From Myxococcota bacterium (lineage in GTDB: Bacteria; Myxococcota_A; UBA9160; UBA6930): 64,000 nt of DNA. Where the stretch lies: NCBI GenBank assembly GCA_965223705.1, contig OZ245015.1, forward strand, positions 32,001 through 96,000, given 5' to 3'. The notes under the pieces were generated by a model that was given only the letters and a program-made list of their open reading frames with translations, had not been told where the DNA came from and searched no databases. This document shows, piece after piece, positions 27,225 through 36,607 of the stretch (position 1 is the first letter of the stretch; the number at the start of each line of letters is the position of its first letter). Both the position numbers and the translations under genes were made by a program.

Positions 27225-27827
27225 GTGAGGTTCAACGGAGCCAAAGTCAAGCTGTCGCGAAAGCTCGGTGTCGCCCTGACGGCGAAAGCCGCAAAGTACA
27301 TGGAGCGCCGCCCCTACGGGCCGGGCGTCCACGCTTCGGGCGGACGTCAAAGACGGTTGTCGGACTACGGCGCACAGCTCCTCGAGAAACAGAAGCTGCG
27401 CTTCCAGTACAACGTTCACGAGCGGCAGATGCGCAACTACTACAAGAGCGCATCGCAGATGAAGGGGCGCACCGGCGATAATTTGGTGCTTCTCCTCGAG
27501 ACGCGCCTCGATTCCATGGTGCTGCGCGCGGGTCTCGCCCCGTCGATCTTCGCCGCCCGCCAGGTCGTCGGGCACGGACACATCCTGGTCAATGGCAAGA
27601 AGGTCGACATCCCGTCGTACCGGGTCAAAGTGAACGACTTGATCTCGGTTCGGCCGAAGAGCCAGAACCTGCAGAACTTCGACCTCGACTACGAGTCCTA
27701 CCAGTTGCCGTCCTATATGGAGCGCGGCGAGACGAACTTCGAAGCGAAGCTGACGTCGTATCCGGTTCGCGAAGAAGTACCGATCATCTGCGACGTGCAG
27801 TACGTCGTCGAGTACTACAACCGGTAA
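27225..27827 (+). CDS. rpsD: 30S ribosomal protein S4, Cys-free (C-) type
   Basis: GTG with AGAGG RBS; K.SR.LG, PG.H, SDYG.QL.EKQKLR, LE.RLD, ARQ.V.HGH..VNG..VDIPSY, VVEYY. Confidence 0.97.
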   Translation: MRFNGAKVKLSRKLGVALTAKAAKYMERRPYGPGVHASGGRQRRLSDYGAQLLEKQKLRFQYNVHERQMRNYYKSASQMKGRTGDNLVLLLETRLDSMVLRAGLAPSIFAARQVVGHGHILVNGKKVDIPSYRVKVNDLISVRPKSQNLQNFDLDYESYQLPSYMERGETNFEAKLTSYPVREEVPIICDVQYVVEYYNR

Positions 27828-27832
27828 GCCCG

Positions 27833-27961
27833 ATGAAAAAATCGACGAAGCTGCCCCACCGAAAGCGCAACAAGAGCGCGCGCCACCGCTCGAAGCTCAA
27901 GGCGAAACACCGCCGAGCGCGACTCCGGCGAAGCTCTGGCCAGCGCAAAACCTACCGCTAG
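27833..27961 (+). CDS. Small strongly basic protein (42 aa), unknown function
   Basis: ATG 5 nt after the rpsD stop: MKKSTKLPHRKRNKSARHRSKLKAKHRRARLRRSSGQRKTYR*. It fills the rpsD-pyrF gap almost exactly. Below the ORF-track size cutoff. Confidence 0.65.
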   Translation: MKKSTKLPHRKRNKSARHRSKLKAKHRRARLRRSSGQRKTYR

Positions 27962-27962
27962 C

Positions 27963-28892
27963 TCACGATAGTCGGACGGCCCGCCCGAGATCTTCGGACG
28001 CTGTGGCGACCGCGGCATCGATCGCCCGTTCCCACGTGGCGACGTCGTCCGCAACCGCGGCTTCCGCCGGAAACAGCACCGAACGCGATGCGTTGACGAG
28101 ACCCCCTTCGAGGAACCCGACGGGCCCCGGAACGAAGCCCGCCACGGCGTCCTTCGCCGAACCGCCCTGTGCACCGTAACCGGGTACCAAGAAAAGCGAG
28201 CGGGGCAGGGCAGCGCGCAGCCGCGCGGCATCGGTCGGGTAGGTCGCACCCGCCACCACGCCGAGGTTCGACCACGCCTCGGTGCCGGTCAAACGGTCGG
28301 CCAGCGGCGCGAGTGCGGCCGCCACGCGCGCGAAGAGCGGGTCCGCTCCGACGATTAAATCCTGGAAGTCCCGTGCACCGGGGTTGCTCGTTCGGACGAG
28401 GACGAAGAGCGCTTTCCCGTGTGCGCTCGCTCGAACCACGAACGGTTCGAGGGCTTCGACACCGAGGTAGGGATGCAGCGTGAGTGCGTCGGCTTCGAGG
28501 GGCGCCCCCGGCTCGAGATACGTCGCGGCGTAAGCATCGGACGTCGCTCCGATGTCACCCCGCTTGGCGTCGAGGATGACGAGTAGACCGGCCTCTCGCG
28601 CCCTGCGCGTCACGTTCTCCAGGACTTCGAGCCCGCGCCAGCCGAGACATTCGAAATAGGCGCTCTGCGGTTTCACCGCCCCCACCCGCCCGGCGAGTCG
28701 CTCGATCAGCGCGAGACAGAATCGACCCACCGCCGTCGCGGCCGACGCCGCGTCGCGTTCCGGCCCGTCGAAAAAGAGGGCCGGTATCCGGTCGGCGCGC
28801 GGATCGAACCCGACGCAAAGGGGATGCCCCAGAGACCGTTCTGCGGCGATCCAGCGAGCCGCAAAGGAATCGGTGTCGTCGGGGTTCCGCAC
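27963..28892 (-). CDS. pyrF: Orotidine-5'-phosphate decarboxylase (subfamily 2)
   Basis: LCVG.DP, KPQ.AYFE, DAKRGDIG.T, RTSNPG, GATYP, LVPGYGAQG, N.SR. Confidence 0.96.
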   Translation of the reverse strand: MRNPDDTDSFAARWIAAERSLGHPLCVGFDPRADRIPALFFDGPERDAASAATAVGRFCLALIERLAGRVGAVKPQSAYFECLGWRGLEVLENVTRRAREAGLLVILDAKRGDIGATSDAYAATYLEPGAPLEADALTLHPYLGVEALEPFVVRASAHGKALFVLVRTSNPGARDFQDLIVGADPLFARVAAALAPLADRLTGTEAWSNLGVVAGATYPTDAARLRAALPRSLFLVPGYGAQGGSAKDAVAGFVPGPVGFLEGGLVNASRSVLFPAEAAVADDVATWERAIDAAVATASEDLGRAVRLS

Positions 28893-28949
28893 GGTCGGCA
28901 GAGTACCGAATTCGCTCTCGCGAGCGTCCGAGAGCTACGCTTGCGCGCC

Positions 28950-30092
28950 ATGCCGCGCCGCCTGCCGAACCCGATCCGTTTCTCTCTCGAAGCGCGAGAC
29001 GATCACGCGCGCGCGGCGCGCCTATCGACGCCTCACGGCGATGTCGAAACGCCTGCATTCATGGTCGTCGGCACCCACGCTGCGGTTCGTGCCCTCACGC
29101 CGGAACAAGTCGATGCGACGGGCACGGATGTCGTTCTCGCGAACACGTACCACTTGATGTTGCGCGGTCGCAGCGGGGTCATCGAGAAACTCGGCGGCCT
29201 GCACGACTTCATGAACTGGCCGAAAACCATCCTGACCGACAGCGGAGGCTTTCAGGTCTACTCGCTTCCGAAGAAGGCGATCACCGAGCGCGGTGTCACG
29301 TTCAAGAACGAACTCGACGGCTCGGAGAGCGAGCTCACGCCCGAGCGCTCGATTGAAGTTCAAAACGCACTCGGCGCCGATATCATCATGGCGTTCGACG
29401 AATGCACGCCGTTTCCCGCGACGGAGAAGGAGGCGCAGCGTGGCGTGGGTCGCACGCTCCGGTGGCTCGAGCGGTGCCTGCGCGCGCACGAGAAGCCGAG
29501 GGAGCAGGCGCTCTTCGGCATCGTCCAGGGGAGTGTGTATCCGGATTTGCGGGCTTCCTGCGCCCAGGGTGTCGTCGCGATGGATCTACCGGGGTACGCG
29601 ATCGGCGGCGTTTCGGTCGGCGAGGGACACGAGCTTCTATGCGACATCACACGTCGCACCGCGCCGCTCTTGCCGGAGAACAAGCCCCGCTATCTGATGG
29701 GCGTCGGACTTCCGGAAGATCTCGTCGCCTGCATCGGCTACGGAATCGACCTGTTCGATTGTGTGATCCCGACGCGCTACGCGCGCTCCGCCAGCGTCTT
29801 CACCCGAAGCGGGCGGCTCCGCCTGACGCACCGGCGATTCCGGCGCGACCGCTACCCGATCGATACGCGCTGCCCCTGCGCTGTATGCAGTCGCGGTGTG
29901 TCGCGCGCGTACTTGCACCACCTGTTTCAGGCCAACGAAATCCTGTCCGCGGTCTACGCGTCGATTCACAATGTCCACTTCTATCAGGAACTCCTGCGGG
30001 ACGCGCGACACGCTGTGGCTCGCGGCGACTACAAGGCGTTCCAAGAGGATTTCCTCGGCCGTTACGGCGCCGCCGGAGGGGGCTCGTCTTGA
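28950..30092 (+). CDS. tgt: tRNA-guanine transglycosylase
   Basis: TP.FM.VGT, LANTYHL, TDSGGFQV, FGIVQG, PRYLMGVG, FDCV.PTR, CPC..C...H zinc site. Confidence 0.96.
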   Translation: MPRRLPNPIRFSLEARDDHARAARLSTPHGDVETPAFMVVGTHAAVRALTPEQVDATGTDVVLANTYHLMLRGRSGVIEKLGGLHDFMNWPKTILTDSGGFQVYSLPKKAITERGVTFKNELDGSESELTPERSIEVQNALGADIIMAFDECTPFPATEKEAQRGVGRTLRWLERCLRAHEKPREQALFGIVQGSVYPDLRASCAQGVVAMDLPGYAIGGVSVGEGHELLCDITRRTAPLLPENKPRYLMGVGLPEDLVACIGYGIDLFDCVIPTRYARSASVFTRSGRLRLTHRRFRRDRYPIDTRCPCAVCSRGVSRAYLHHLFQANEILSAVYASIHNVHFYQELLRDARHAVARGDYKAFQEDFLGRYGAAGGGSS

Positions 30093-30143
30093 GGGCGCGT
30101 CGTCCCTTGCGCCGACGGACCGATCCCCCTACCTAAAGCGCCC

Positions 30144-31247
30144 ATGGCTCTCCGCTGCGGCATCGTCGGACTACCGAACGTCGGAAAGAGCACGCTCTTC
30201 AACGCGCTCACAGAGGCCGGTATCGCCGCGGAGAACTACCCGTTCTGCACGATCGAGCCGAACTCCGGCGTCGTTCCGGTGCCCGATCCGCGGCTCGCCG
30301 CACTCGACGCGATCGTCCACTCGGCCCAGGTCATCCCGGCGACGGTCGAGTTCGTCGATATCGCGGGGCTCGTGCGCGGCGCCTCCCAGGGAGAGGGCCT
30401 CGGCAACCAGTTTCTCGGTCACGTGCGCGAAACCCGCGCCATCCTTCATGTGGTCCGGTGCTTCGACGATCCGGACGTCACCCACGTCGACGGCGGCGTC
30501 GATCCCGTGCGGGACACCGCGACGATCGAGACCGAGCTGGGATTGGCCGATCTCGAAACGCTGGAGAAACGCCTCGAGCGCCTGCGCAAGAATGCGAGAG
30601 CCGGAGGGAAGGCCGGGGAAGAAGCGCGACGCGATGTGGGCTTCCTCGAAGAACTCGTCGCCCACGTGGGCGACGGCCAGCCCGCGCGGAGCTTCGAAGT
30701 CGCCGACGCGTTCGTCGATTTGTTCCACAGCTGCCATCTGCTGACCGCGAAGCCGGTCCTCTACGTCGCCAACGTCGACGAAAAAGGGCTCGAAGAAGAC
30801 GATGTTGCCACCCGAGCTCTCGAGGCGCATGCCGCCGCGAACGGCGCGGGCTGCGTGCGCATCTGCGGAAAAATCGAAGCGGAGCTCTCCGAGCTTTCGG
30901 CTGAAGAACGCGCGCTCTTTCTCGAAGATTTGGGCGCCTCAGAGCCCGGCCTCCACCGCCTCATTCGCGCCGCCTACGAACTTTTGTCGCTCATCACCTA
31001 CTTCACCGCGGGACCGAAGGAAGTGCGTGCCTGGACGATTCGGCGCGGCACGCTGGCGCCGCAGGCGGCGGCGGAGATCCATACGGATTTCGAGCGGGGA
31101 TTCATCCGCGCTGAGATCATCCCGTTTGATGCGTACATCGAAGCCGGCGGCGAAGCGGGCGCCAAGGCGGCGGGAAGAATGCGCGTCGAAGGCAAAGACT
31201 ACGTCGTACAGGACGGCGACGTCGTGCTCTTCCGCGTGGGAACCTGA
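30144..31247 (+). CDS. ychF: Ribosome-binding ATPase YchF
   Basis: [45 protein letters not shown]. Confidence 0.98.
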   Translation: MALRCGIVGLPNVGKSTLFNALTEAGIAAENYPFCTIEPNSGVVPVPDPRLAALDAIVHSAQVIPATVEFVDIAGLVRGASQGEGLGNQFLGHVRETRAILHVVRCFDDPDVTHVDGGVDPVRDTATIETELGLADLETLEKRLERLRKNARAGGKAGEEARRDVGFLEELVAHVGDGQPARSFEVADAFVDLFHSCHLLTAKPVLYVANVDEKGLEEDDVATRALEAHAAANGAGCVRICGKIEAELSELSAEERALFLEDLGASEPGLHRLIRAAYELLSLITYFTAGPKEVRAWTIRRGTLAPQAAAEIHTDFERGFIRAEIIPFDAYIEAGGEAGAKAAGRMRVEGKDYVVQDGDVVLFRVGT

Positions 31248-31738
31248 TGTCGCGCCGCCCCTCCCCCTTGACTCCGGAAGAAGTGCTCGACCGCTACACG
31301 AGCGGCCCGACGACCGGGGTGTTCACCGACGGTTCGTGTGAGGGGAATCCCGGTCCGGGGGGTTGGGCCGCGGTCTGGGTCGACGGCGACGTCGTCGTTC
31401 GCGAAGAGAGCGGCTCCGAGGCCGATACGACGAACAACCGCATGGAGCTCGCGGCGATGATCGCCGGCTTGCGCATGCTCTCCGCCGATTCGGAAATCAC
31501 GCTCTATTCCGACAGCAACCTGTGCGTCCAGACCGTGAATCAGTGGGCAAAAGGGTGGGAAGCGCGTGGTTGGAAACGAAAAAGCGGCCCCATCGCGAAC
31601 CTCGAACTCGTCCAAGAGCTGTATCGGCTGAAACAGGAGCGTCCGCGGGTACGCATCATGTGGATTCGAGCGCACGACGGCTCTCGTTGGAACGAATACG
31701 CCGACGCACTGGCTTTTCAGGCGTCCCCGGCCTCGTAG
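31247..31738 (+). CDS. rnhA: Ribonuclease HI
   Basis: TDGSC.GNPGPGGW, TTNNRMEL, DS, W...H....NE.AD. Confidence 0.95.
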   Translation: MSRRPSPLTPEEVLDRYTSGPTTGVFTDGSCEGNPGPGGWAAVWVDGDVVVREESGSEADTTNNRMELAAMIAGLRMLSADSEITLYSDSNLCVQTVNQWAKGWEARGWKRKSGPIANLELVQELYRLKQERPRVRIMWIRAHDGSRWNEYADALAFQASPAS

Positions 31739-32385
31739 CGCTCCCACGAAAGCAGCGCATCGATGGATTTGCGCGGCGGCCGACCGTAGCGTCCCAAGGG
31801 CCATCCGATCGGAAGCAGTGCACACGTCGGAATTTCCGGCGGTAAGCCCAAGCGACGATCGAGCTCCGGACCGAATTCACGGTGGATCGTCGTGAGCGAC
31901 GCTCCGAGCCCCACGGCTCGGCAAGCGAGCAGAATATTCTGCACCGCGGGCATCAGCGCCTGGAGTTGCGGCTTGCCGCGGCGGGTAAAGCCCGCGACGA
32001 ACAAGTGGACGGGCGCTTCGTGCATGTGGTCTGCGAGGTAGATCGCCGCGCGTTGCATTTTTCGCCGCGCCTCGGGAAACGCCGGGTCGCGCGCCAACTC
32101 GACGGCCGGCGCGATGTAGCGGTGGAAGACCTCGCGGTAGCGCGAGCCGATCCACGCACGCTGCTCGGTGTCGGTCACGGCGATAAACCGCCACGGTTGC
32201 CGGTTGCCGCCGCTCGGCGCGAACGACCCCGCCTCGCAGACCTTGCGGATCAGCGCGGGGGGGACAGGGTCGGGACGCAGACGGCGAATGGCGCGTGCCG
32301 TGCGAATTCCTTCGAGGAGCGGCACGTCTTCGCCGAGGGTATCGATGTCGAGTGAGTCGACGGCGATCGGATCAGCCTCCTTCAC
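31717..32385 (-). CDS. Nitroreductase family protein
   Basis: R.IR....DPVP, APSGGN.QPW.F, QNILLA.RA.GLG. Confidence 0.9.
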   Translation of the reverse strand: MKEADPIAVDSLDIDTLGEDVPLLEGIRTARAIRRLRPDPVPPALIRKVCEAGSFAPSGGNRQPWRFIAVTDTEQRAWIGSRYREVFHRYIAPAVELARDPAFPEARRKMQRAAIYLADHMHEAPVHLFVAGFTRRGKPQLQALMPAVQNILLACRAVGLGASLTTIHREFGPELDRRLGLPPEIPTCALLPIGWPLGRYGRPPRKSIDALLSWERYEAGDA

Positions 32386-33235
32386 CGACCGAGCGGATCA
32401 ACCCCTCTTGAGCCACCGAAGCGACGAGCGTCCCGTCCTCCGTGAAGAGCTCGCCGCGCGTGAAGCCCCGCGCGCCGCCGCTCCGCGGACTCACCTGGGA
32501 ATAGAGCAACCACTCGTCGGCGCGGAACGCGTCGTGGAACCAAATGGCATGGTCGAGACTCGCCATCATGAAGTTTTCGCTCGACCACGAAATGCCGTGA
32601 GGGAGCAGGGCCGTATCGAGCAGCGTCATATCCGATGCGTACGCCACGACGCACTGGTGCAGCTCGGGGTGATCGGGCAGGCGTCCGTCCGCGCGGAGCC
32701 AAACACAACGTTCCGGCGAGGCGGGTTCCGTCGACGTGATGCCCAAGGGCCCGATGTGGCGCACGTCGATCGGCCGGTCGCGCTCCCAGATTTTTCGCCA
32801 CTCCGCGGGTATCTGATCGCGCATTTCGGCGATTCGCTCGCGCCACGTGGGCAACGTCTCGGGGCCGGGAACGTCGGGCATACGGCTTTGGTGGCTCACC
32901 CCCGCTTCCGGAACGTGAAACGACGCGGACAAATGAAAGATTGCGCGACCGTGTTGGAGGGCCGAAACGCGTCGCGTGGCGAACGACCGACCGTCGCGGA
33001 TGCGGTCGACTTGGTAGACGATCGGCACCTTGGGATCGCCGGGCAACAGAAAATACGCGTGGAGCGAATGCACCGAGCCGCGCTCGACCGTACGGCATGC
33101 AGCGACCAGCGCTTGACCGGCCACCTGACCGCCGAACACGCGCTGGCGGTCCTCGTCGGGACTGTTGCCGCGAAAGAGGTTCACCTCGAGCGCCTCGAGG
33201 TCGAGAATGTCGATCAGCTCGTCGAGCGGTTTCAA
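32372..33235 (-). CDS. tesB: Acyl-CoA thioesterase II
   Basis: VFGGQV.GQAL, HSLH.YFL, RDGRSF.TR, YASD, SLDHA.WFH, QEG. Confidence 0.95.
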   Translation of the reverse strand: MKPLDELIDILDLEALEVNLFRGNSPDEDRQRVFGGQVAGQALVAACRTVERGSVHSLHAYFLLPGDPKVPIVYQVDRIRDGRSFATRRVSALQHGRAIFHLSASFHVPEAGVSHQSRMPDVPGPETLPTWRERIAEMRDQIPAEWRKIWERDRPIDVRHIGPLGITSTEPASPERCVWLRADGRLPDHPELHQCVVAYASDMTLLDTALLPHGISWSSENFMMASLDHAIWFHDAFRADEWLLYSQVSPRSGGARGFTRGELFTEDGTLVASVAQEGLIRSVGEGG

Positions 33236-33236
33236 T

Positions 33237-33659
33237 TCAACGGACCTTCGTTTCGCCGAGTTTCAGCACGTGATCGAACTCTTCCCTCGTGACGGGCTGC
33301 ACCGAGAGTCGCGCCTGACGGACGAGCGCCATATCGCGCAGCTTCGCGTCTGCCTTCACCGCGGCGAGGGTGACGGGCACACGAAGCGGTTTCACCGGAG
33401 CGACATCGACCACGACCCAGCGATCGTCGTCGCTCGTGGGATCGGGGTAGGACTCTCGGGTCACCTTCGCGATGCCGACGACCTCCTTTCCCTCGTTCGA
33501 GTGGTAGTAGAGGAGGAGATCGCCCTTTTTCATCGCGGCGAGGTTGTTGCGGGCGCCGTAGTTTCGGACGCCGTCCCAATAGGTCGACCCGTCTTTCACG
33601 AGATCGTCCCAGGAGTACTTGAAGGGTTCGGACTTGACGAGCCAGTAGCTGCGAGCCAT
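33237..33659 (-). CDS. EVE domain-containing protein
   Basis: YWL.KSEP, WDGVRNY.ARN, YHS, RLSV.PV. Confidence 0.95.
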   Translation of the reverse strand: MARSYWLVKSEPFKYSWDDLVKDGSTYWDGVRNYGARNNLAAMKKGDLLLYYHSNEGKEVVGIAKVTRESYPDPTSDDDRWVVVDVAPVKPLRVPVTLAAVKADAKLRDMALVRQARLSVQPVTREEFDHVLKLGETKVR

Positions 33660-33676
33660 ATCGTGAGTGTAGCGAC

Positions 33677-34576
33677 ATGACAGAAGCGAACAGCGACCGA
33701 ATCATCGGACATACACAGATCCTCATGGCTCCCGACGGCGGCAAGTACCCGGCGGGCAACTCGCTGTGGGTTCGCGGTAGCGCCGAGTCGATCTTGATCG
33801 ACCCGGCGCTCCCTCTCGGCGCCCGGAACAAACGGCCCGAGGGTGTCGACCGCATCCTCCACAGCCATTGCCACGAGGATCATTTCGCGGGCACGCACTT
33901 GTATCCCGACGCGGCGTGGTACTACCACGAGGCGGATCTACCGGCGAGCCGCTCCCTCGACGCACTGATCGAGCTTTACGGATACGACGACGACATCGAG
34001 GTCGCGTGGCGAAAGCGCCTGGTCGAAGAGTTTAACTTCGTCCCCTGCGAAGACCCCGTGCCGTTTCGAGACGGTGACGTGTTCGTGCTCGGCGGATGCG
34101 AAGTTCACGTCATCCACTTGCCGGGGCACACGCGCGGACACTGCGTGTTTCACATCCTTCCAGACGACATTTTGTTCCTCGGTGATATCGACCTTTCGAG
34201 CTTCGGACCGTACTACGGCGATACGTGGTCCGATCTGGAAGATTTTGAACGCAGCATTACTCGGGTTCGCGACATCAAAGCCACGCACTACGCGACCTTT
34301 CACCACATCGGGCTCGTCGATCGCGAAACTTTCGTGAGCCGCCTCGATCGCTTTTCGGGAAAAATTGCGAGCCGCGAAGAAGCGCTACTCGCGTTCCTGT
34401 CCGAGCCGCACGATCTCGCGGAGATCGTCGAGCACCATTTCGTCTACCGCCCGGGAGATTCGGGCTTGTTTCTCGATTCCGTGGAGCGCCGCAGCATGGA
34501 ACTCCACCTCGAGCGCCTGCAGCGCGCCGGTCGGGTACGAGAAGTCGAGGCGGGCCGTTACCTCGCGACCGGCTGA
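33677..34576 (+). CDS. Metallo-beta-lactamase-fold hydrolase
   Basis: HCHEDH, PGHT.GH, GDIDL..FGP.YGD. Confidence 0.9.
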   Translation: MTEANSDRIIGHTQILMAPDGGKYPAGNSLWVRGSAESILIDPALPLGARNKRPEGVDRILHSHCHEDHFAGTHLYPDAAWYYHEADLPASRSLDALIELYGYDDDIEVAWRKRLVEEFNFVPCEDPVPFRDGDVFVLGGCEVHVIHLPGHTRGHCVFHILPDDILFLGDIDLSSFGPYYGDTWSDLEDFERSITRVRDIKATHYATFHHIGLVDRETFVSRLDRFSGKIASREEALLAFLSEPHDLAEIVEHHFVYRPGDSGLFLDSVERRSMELHLERLQRAGRVREVEAGRYLATG

Positions 34577-34610
34577 CCTATGGTAGTTTTCCATCCCCGA
34601 AGGAGAAGCT

Positions 34611-34802
34611 ATGAAGATCGTTGTCGACTACGACTTGTGTGAGGCGAACGCCATCTGCATGGATCTCGCGCCCGAGATCTTCAAGGTCGATGACAACGAC
34701 GAGCTCCAGCTGCTCGCGGAAAACCCGCCCGAGAGCCTGCGTGCGAAGGCCGAAGAAGCGGTGCGCCTGTGCCCGCGGCAAGCGATCTCGATCGAGGAAT
34801 AG
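34611..34802 (+). CDS. Single-cluster [3Fe-4S]-type ferredoxin
   Basis: VD...CEANAIC...AP..F...CP..AI; AAGGAG RBS. Confidence 0.92.
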   Translation: MKIVVDYDLCEANAICMDLAPEIFKVDDNDELQLLAENPPESLRAKAEEAVRLCPRQAISIEE

Positions 34803-34810
34803 ACGGCGAC

Positions 34811-35212
34811 CTATCGCGGCTCGCGATCGAGCTTCAGCGCCAGCGAATTAATGCAGTAGCGGAGCCCCGTCGGCGGCGGGCCGTCCGGAAAAACGTGCCC
34901 CAGGTGCGCTCCGCACGCGCCGCATTTCACCTCGGTCCGGATCATCCCGTGGCTTTGATCCGTGTGCTCCTCCACGTCGGCGCCGACGGCTGGCTGCGAA
35001 AAGCTCGGCCAGCCGGTACCGGAATCGAACTTCGCGAGCGACTCGAACAACGGTGTCTCGCACGCCACGCATCGATACGTGCCGGTGTCTTTGCAGTCGT
35101 GATACTCGCCTGAAAACGGCGGCTCGGTCGCGGAGCGAAAACAGACGTCGAACTGTTCGGGAGAGAGCTTTTCGCGCCAACGTTCTTCGGGTTGCTCTTT
35201 CGTGCGGCTCAT
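34811..35212 (-). CDS. msrB: Peptide-methionine (R)-S-oxide reductase
   Basis: [32 protein letters not shown]. Confidence 0.97.
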   Translation of the reverse strand: MSRTKEQPEERWREKLSPEQFDVCFRSATEPPFSGEYHDCKDTGTYRCVACETPLFESLAKFDSGTGWPSFSQPAVGADVEEHTDQSHGMIRTEVKCGACGAHLGHVFPDGPPPTGLRYCINSLALKLDREPR

Positions 35213-35225
35213 CTTTTCCTCCGGG

Positions 35226-35597
35226 TTACTGACAGGCGCGCATCGCGGAGCCGATCAGCATCAAGATCGCGGTGACAATCCAAACGGCGCTCCGGCCTGC
35301 GCTCGGCCGAAACTCTTCGTCGTCGCTGCCCTCGATCGGCGGACCGGGGCCGACTTCGACGATGGGAACGGCCCGCCCGACTCGCCGCCCACAGTGCACG
35401 CATTGTTTCGTGCCGGGTGCGAACGACGTGTCGCAGTGATGACAGCGAACCTCATAGGGGTTCGGCGGTGGTGCGAGCTTCTGGGCGATGGCCTCGGGCA
35501 CGCCTCCCTCACTCGGCGTATCGACGCCACCCCTTCCCGCACCTTCGATCGGGCGACGGCGGCGTCTTCGAATGCGCTCGCGCGGCAGCATGGCCAT
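35226..35597 (-). CDS. Small double zinc-ribbon-like protein with C-terminal TM
   Basis: CHHC...CVHC, hydrophobic C-terminus. Confidence 0.6.
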   Translation of the reverse strand: MAMLPRERIRRRRRRPIEGAGRGGVDTPSEGGVPEAIAQKLAPPPNPYEVRCHHCDTSFAPGTKQCVHCGRRVGRAVPIVEVGPGPPIEGSDDEEFRPSAGRSAVWIVTAILMLIGSAMRACQ

Positions 35598-35698
35598 GGC
35601 GACAAGATACCGAGGACGCGCGACGAACGCCTACCACCGGGCCTGTCGGCGCTCGGCCCGTGGAACTATCCTCAAGCGTTCGACGATCAGGAGAGAAC

Positions 35699-36607
35699 AT
35701 GACCGGAATTCAATCCGCGGGCTGTGGCGCAATCGGCGGGACCGAGAAACGGGCGCGCTTGGCTGCGCGTCTGCGCAACCGAGAGTTCACCGTAGCACCC
35801 GGAATCTTCGAGATGATCTCCGCCCGTGTAGCTGACACCTTTGGCTTCGAGTGCCTGTACATGACGGGGTACGGAACCGTGGCGTCGTATCTGGGCCTCC
35901 CCGATGCGGGCCTGGGCTCCTTCTCCGACATGGTCAATCGCGCGGGGTCGATGGCCGACGCGACGCGAGCCCCACTCATCGCCGACGGCGATACCGGCTA
36001 CGGCGGACTCTTGAACGTGCGCCACACCGTGCGGGGCTACGAAACCGCGGGGGTCGCGGGAATTCAGCTCGAAGACCAAGAGTTCCCGAAGAAGTGCGGT
36101 CACACCCCCGGACGTCGGGTGATCCCTTTCGACGACGCGGTCCGAAAAATCGAAGTCGCCGCCGATGCGCGACGCGATGACAACATGTTGATCGTCGCTC
36201 GAACCGATTCTCGAACCTCGCTCGGTCTCGACGAAGCGATCCGCCGCGGCCAGGCCTTTCAACAAGCGGGCGCGGACGTCGTCTTCATCGAGAGTCCCGA
36301 AACCCCCGACGAGTTCCGGCGAATCGGACAGGAGATCGACGCGCCGCTGCTCGCGAACATGGTCGAGGGCGGGCGCTCCCCGGTTCTGTCGAAAGAAGAT
36401 CTCGTCGACATGGGATTTACGATCGCGATCTATCCCGGAACGGGTTTTTGCGCCGCCGCCGAGGCCCTGCGCAGAAGCTATGCCCATATTCATGCGAAGG
36501 GCACCAGCCTGGGCTCCGACGTGCCGCTCTACGACATCGGCGACATGCACGGGCTGATGGGCTTTGACGAAGTGTGGGAGTTCGAAAAACGCTGGGCCGA
36601 GGATTAG
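35699..36607 (+). CDS. Isocitrate lyase/PEP mutase family lyase (2,3-dimethylmalate lyase/PrpB-like)
   Basis: YMTGYG, G.PD.G, D.DTGYG, EDQ.FPKKCGH, ARTD, NMVEGG; ATG with GGAG RBS. Confidence 0.9.
   Translation: MTGIQSAGCGAIGGTEKRARLAARLRNREFTVAPGIFEMISARVADTFGFECLYMTGYGTVASYLGLPDAGLGSFSDMVNRAGSMADATRAPLIADGDTGYGGLLNVRHTVRGYETAGVAGIQLEDQEFPKKCGHTPGRRVIPFDDAVRKIEVAADARRDDNMLIVARTDSRTSLGLDEAIRRGQAFQQAGADVVFIESPETPDEFRRIGQEIDAPLLANMVEGGRSPVLSKEDLVDMGFTIAIYPGTGFCAAAEALRRSYAHIHAKGTSLGSDVPLYDIGDMHGLMGFDEVWEFEKRWAED

Noticed and set aside
33237..33659. EVE domain as part of a modification-dependent restriction system
   Set aside because: It is a stand-alone EVE protein upstream of tesB with no nuclease fusion or neighbour.
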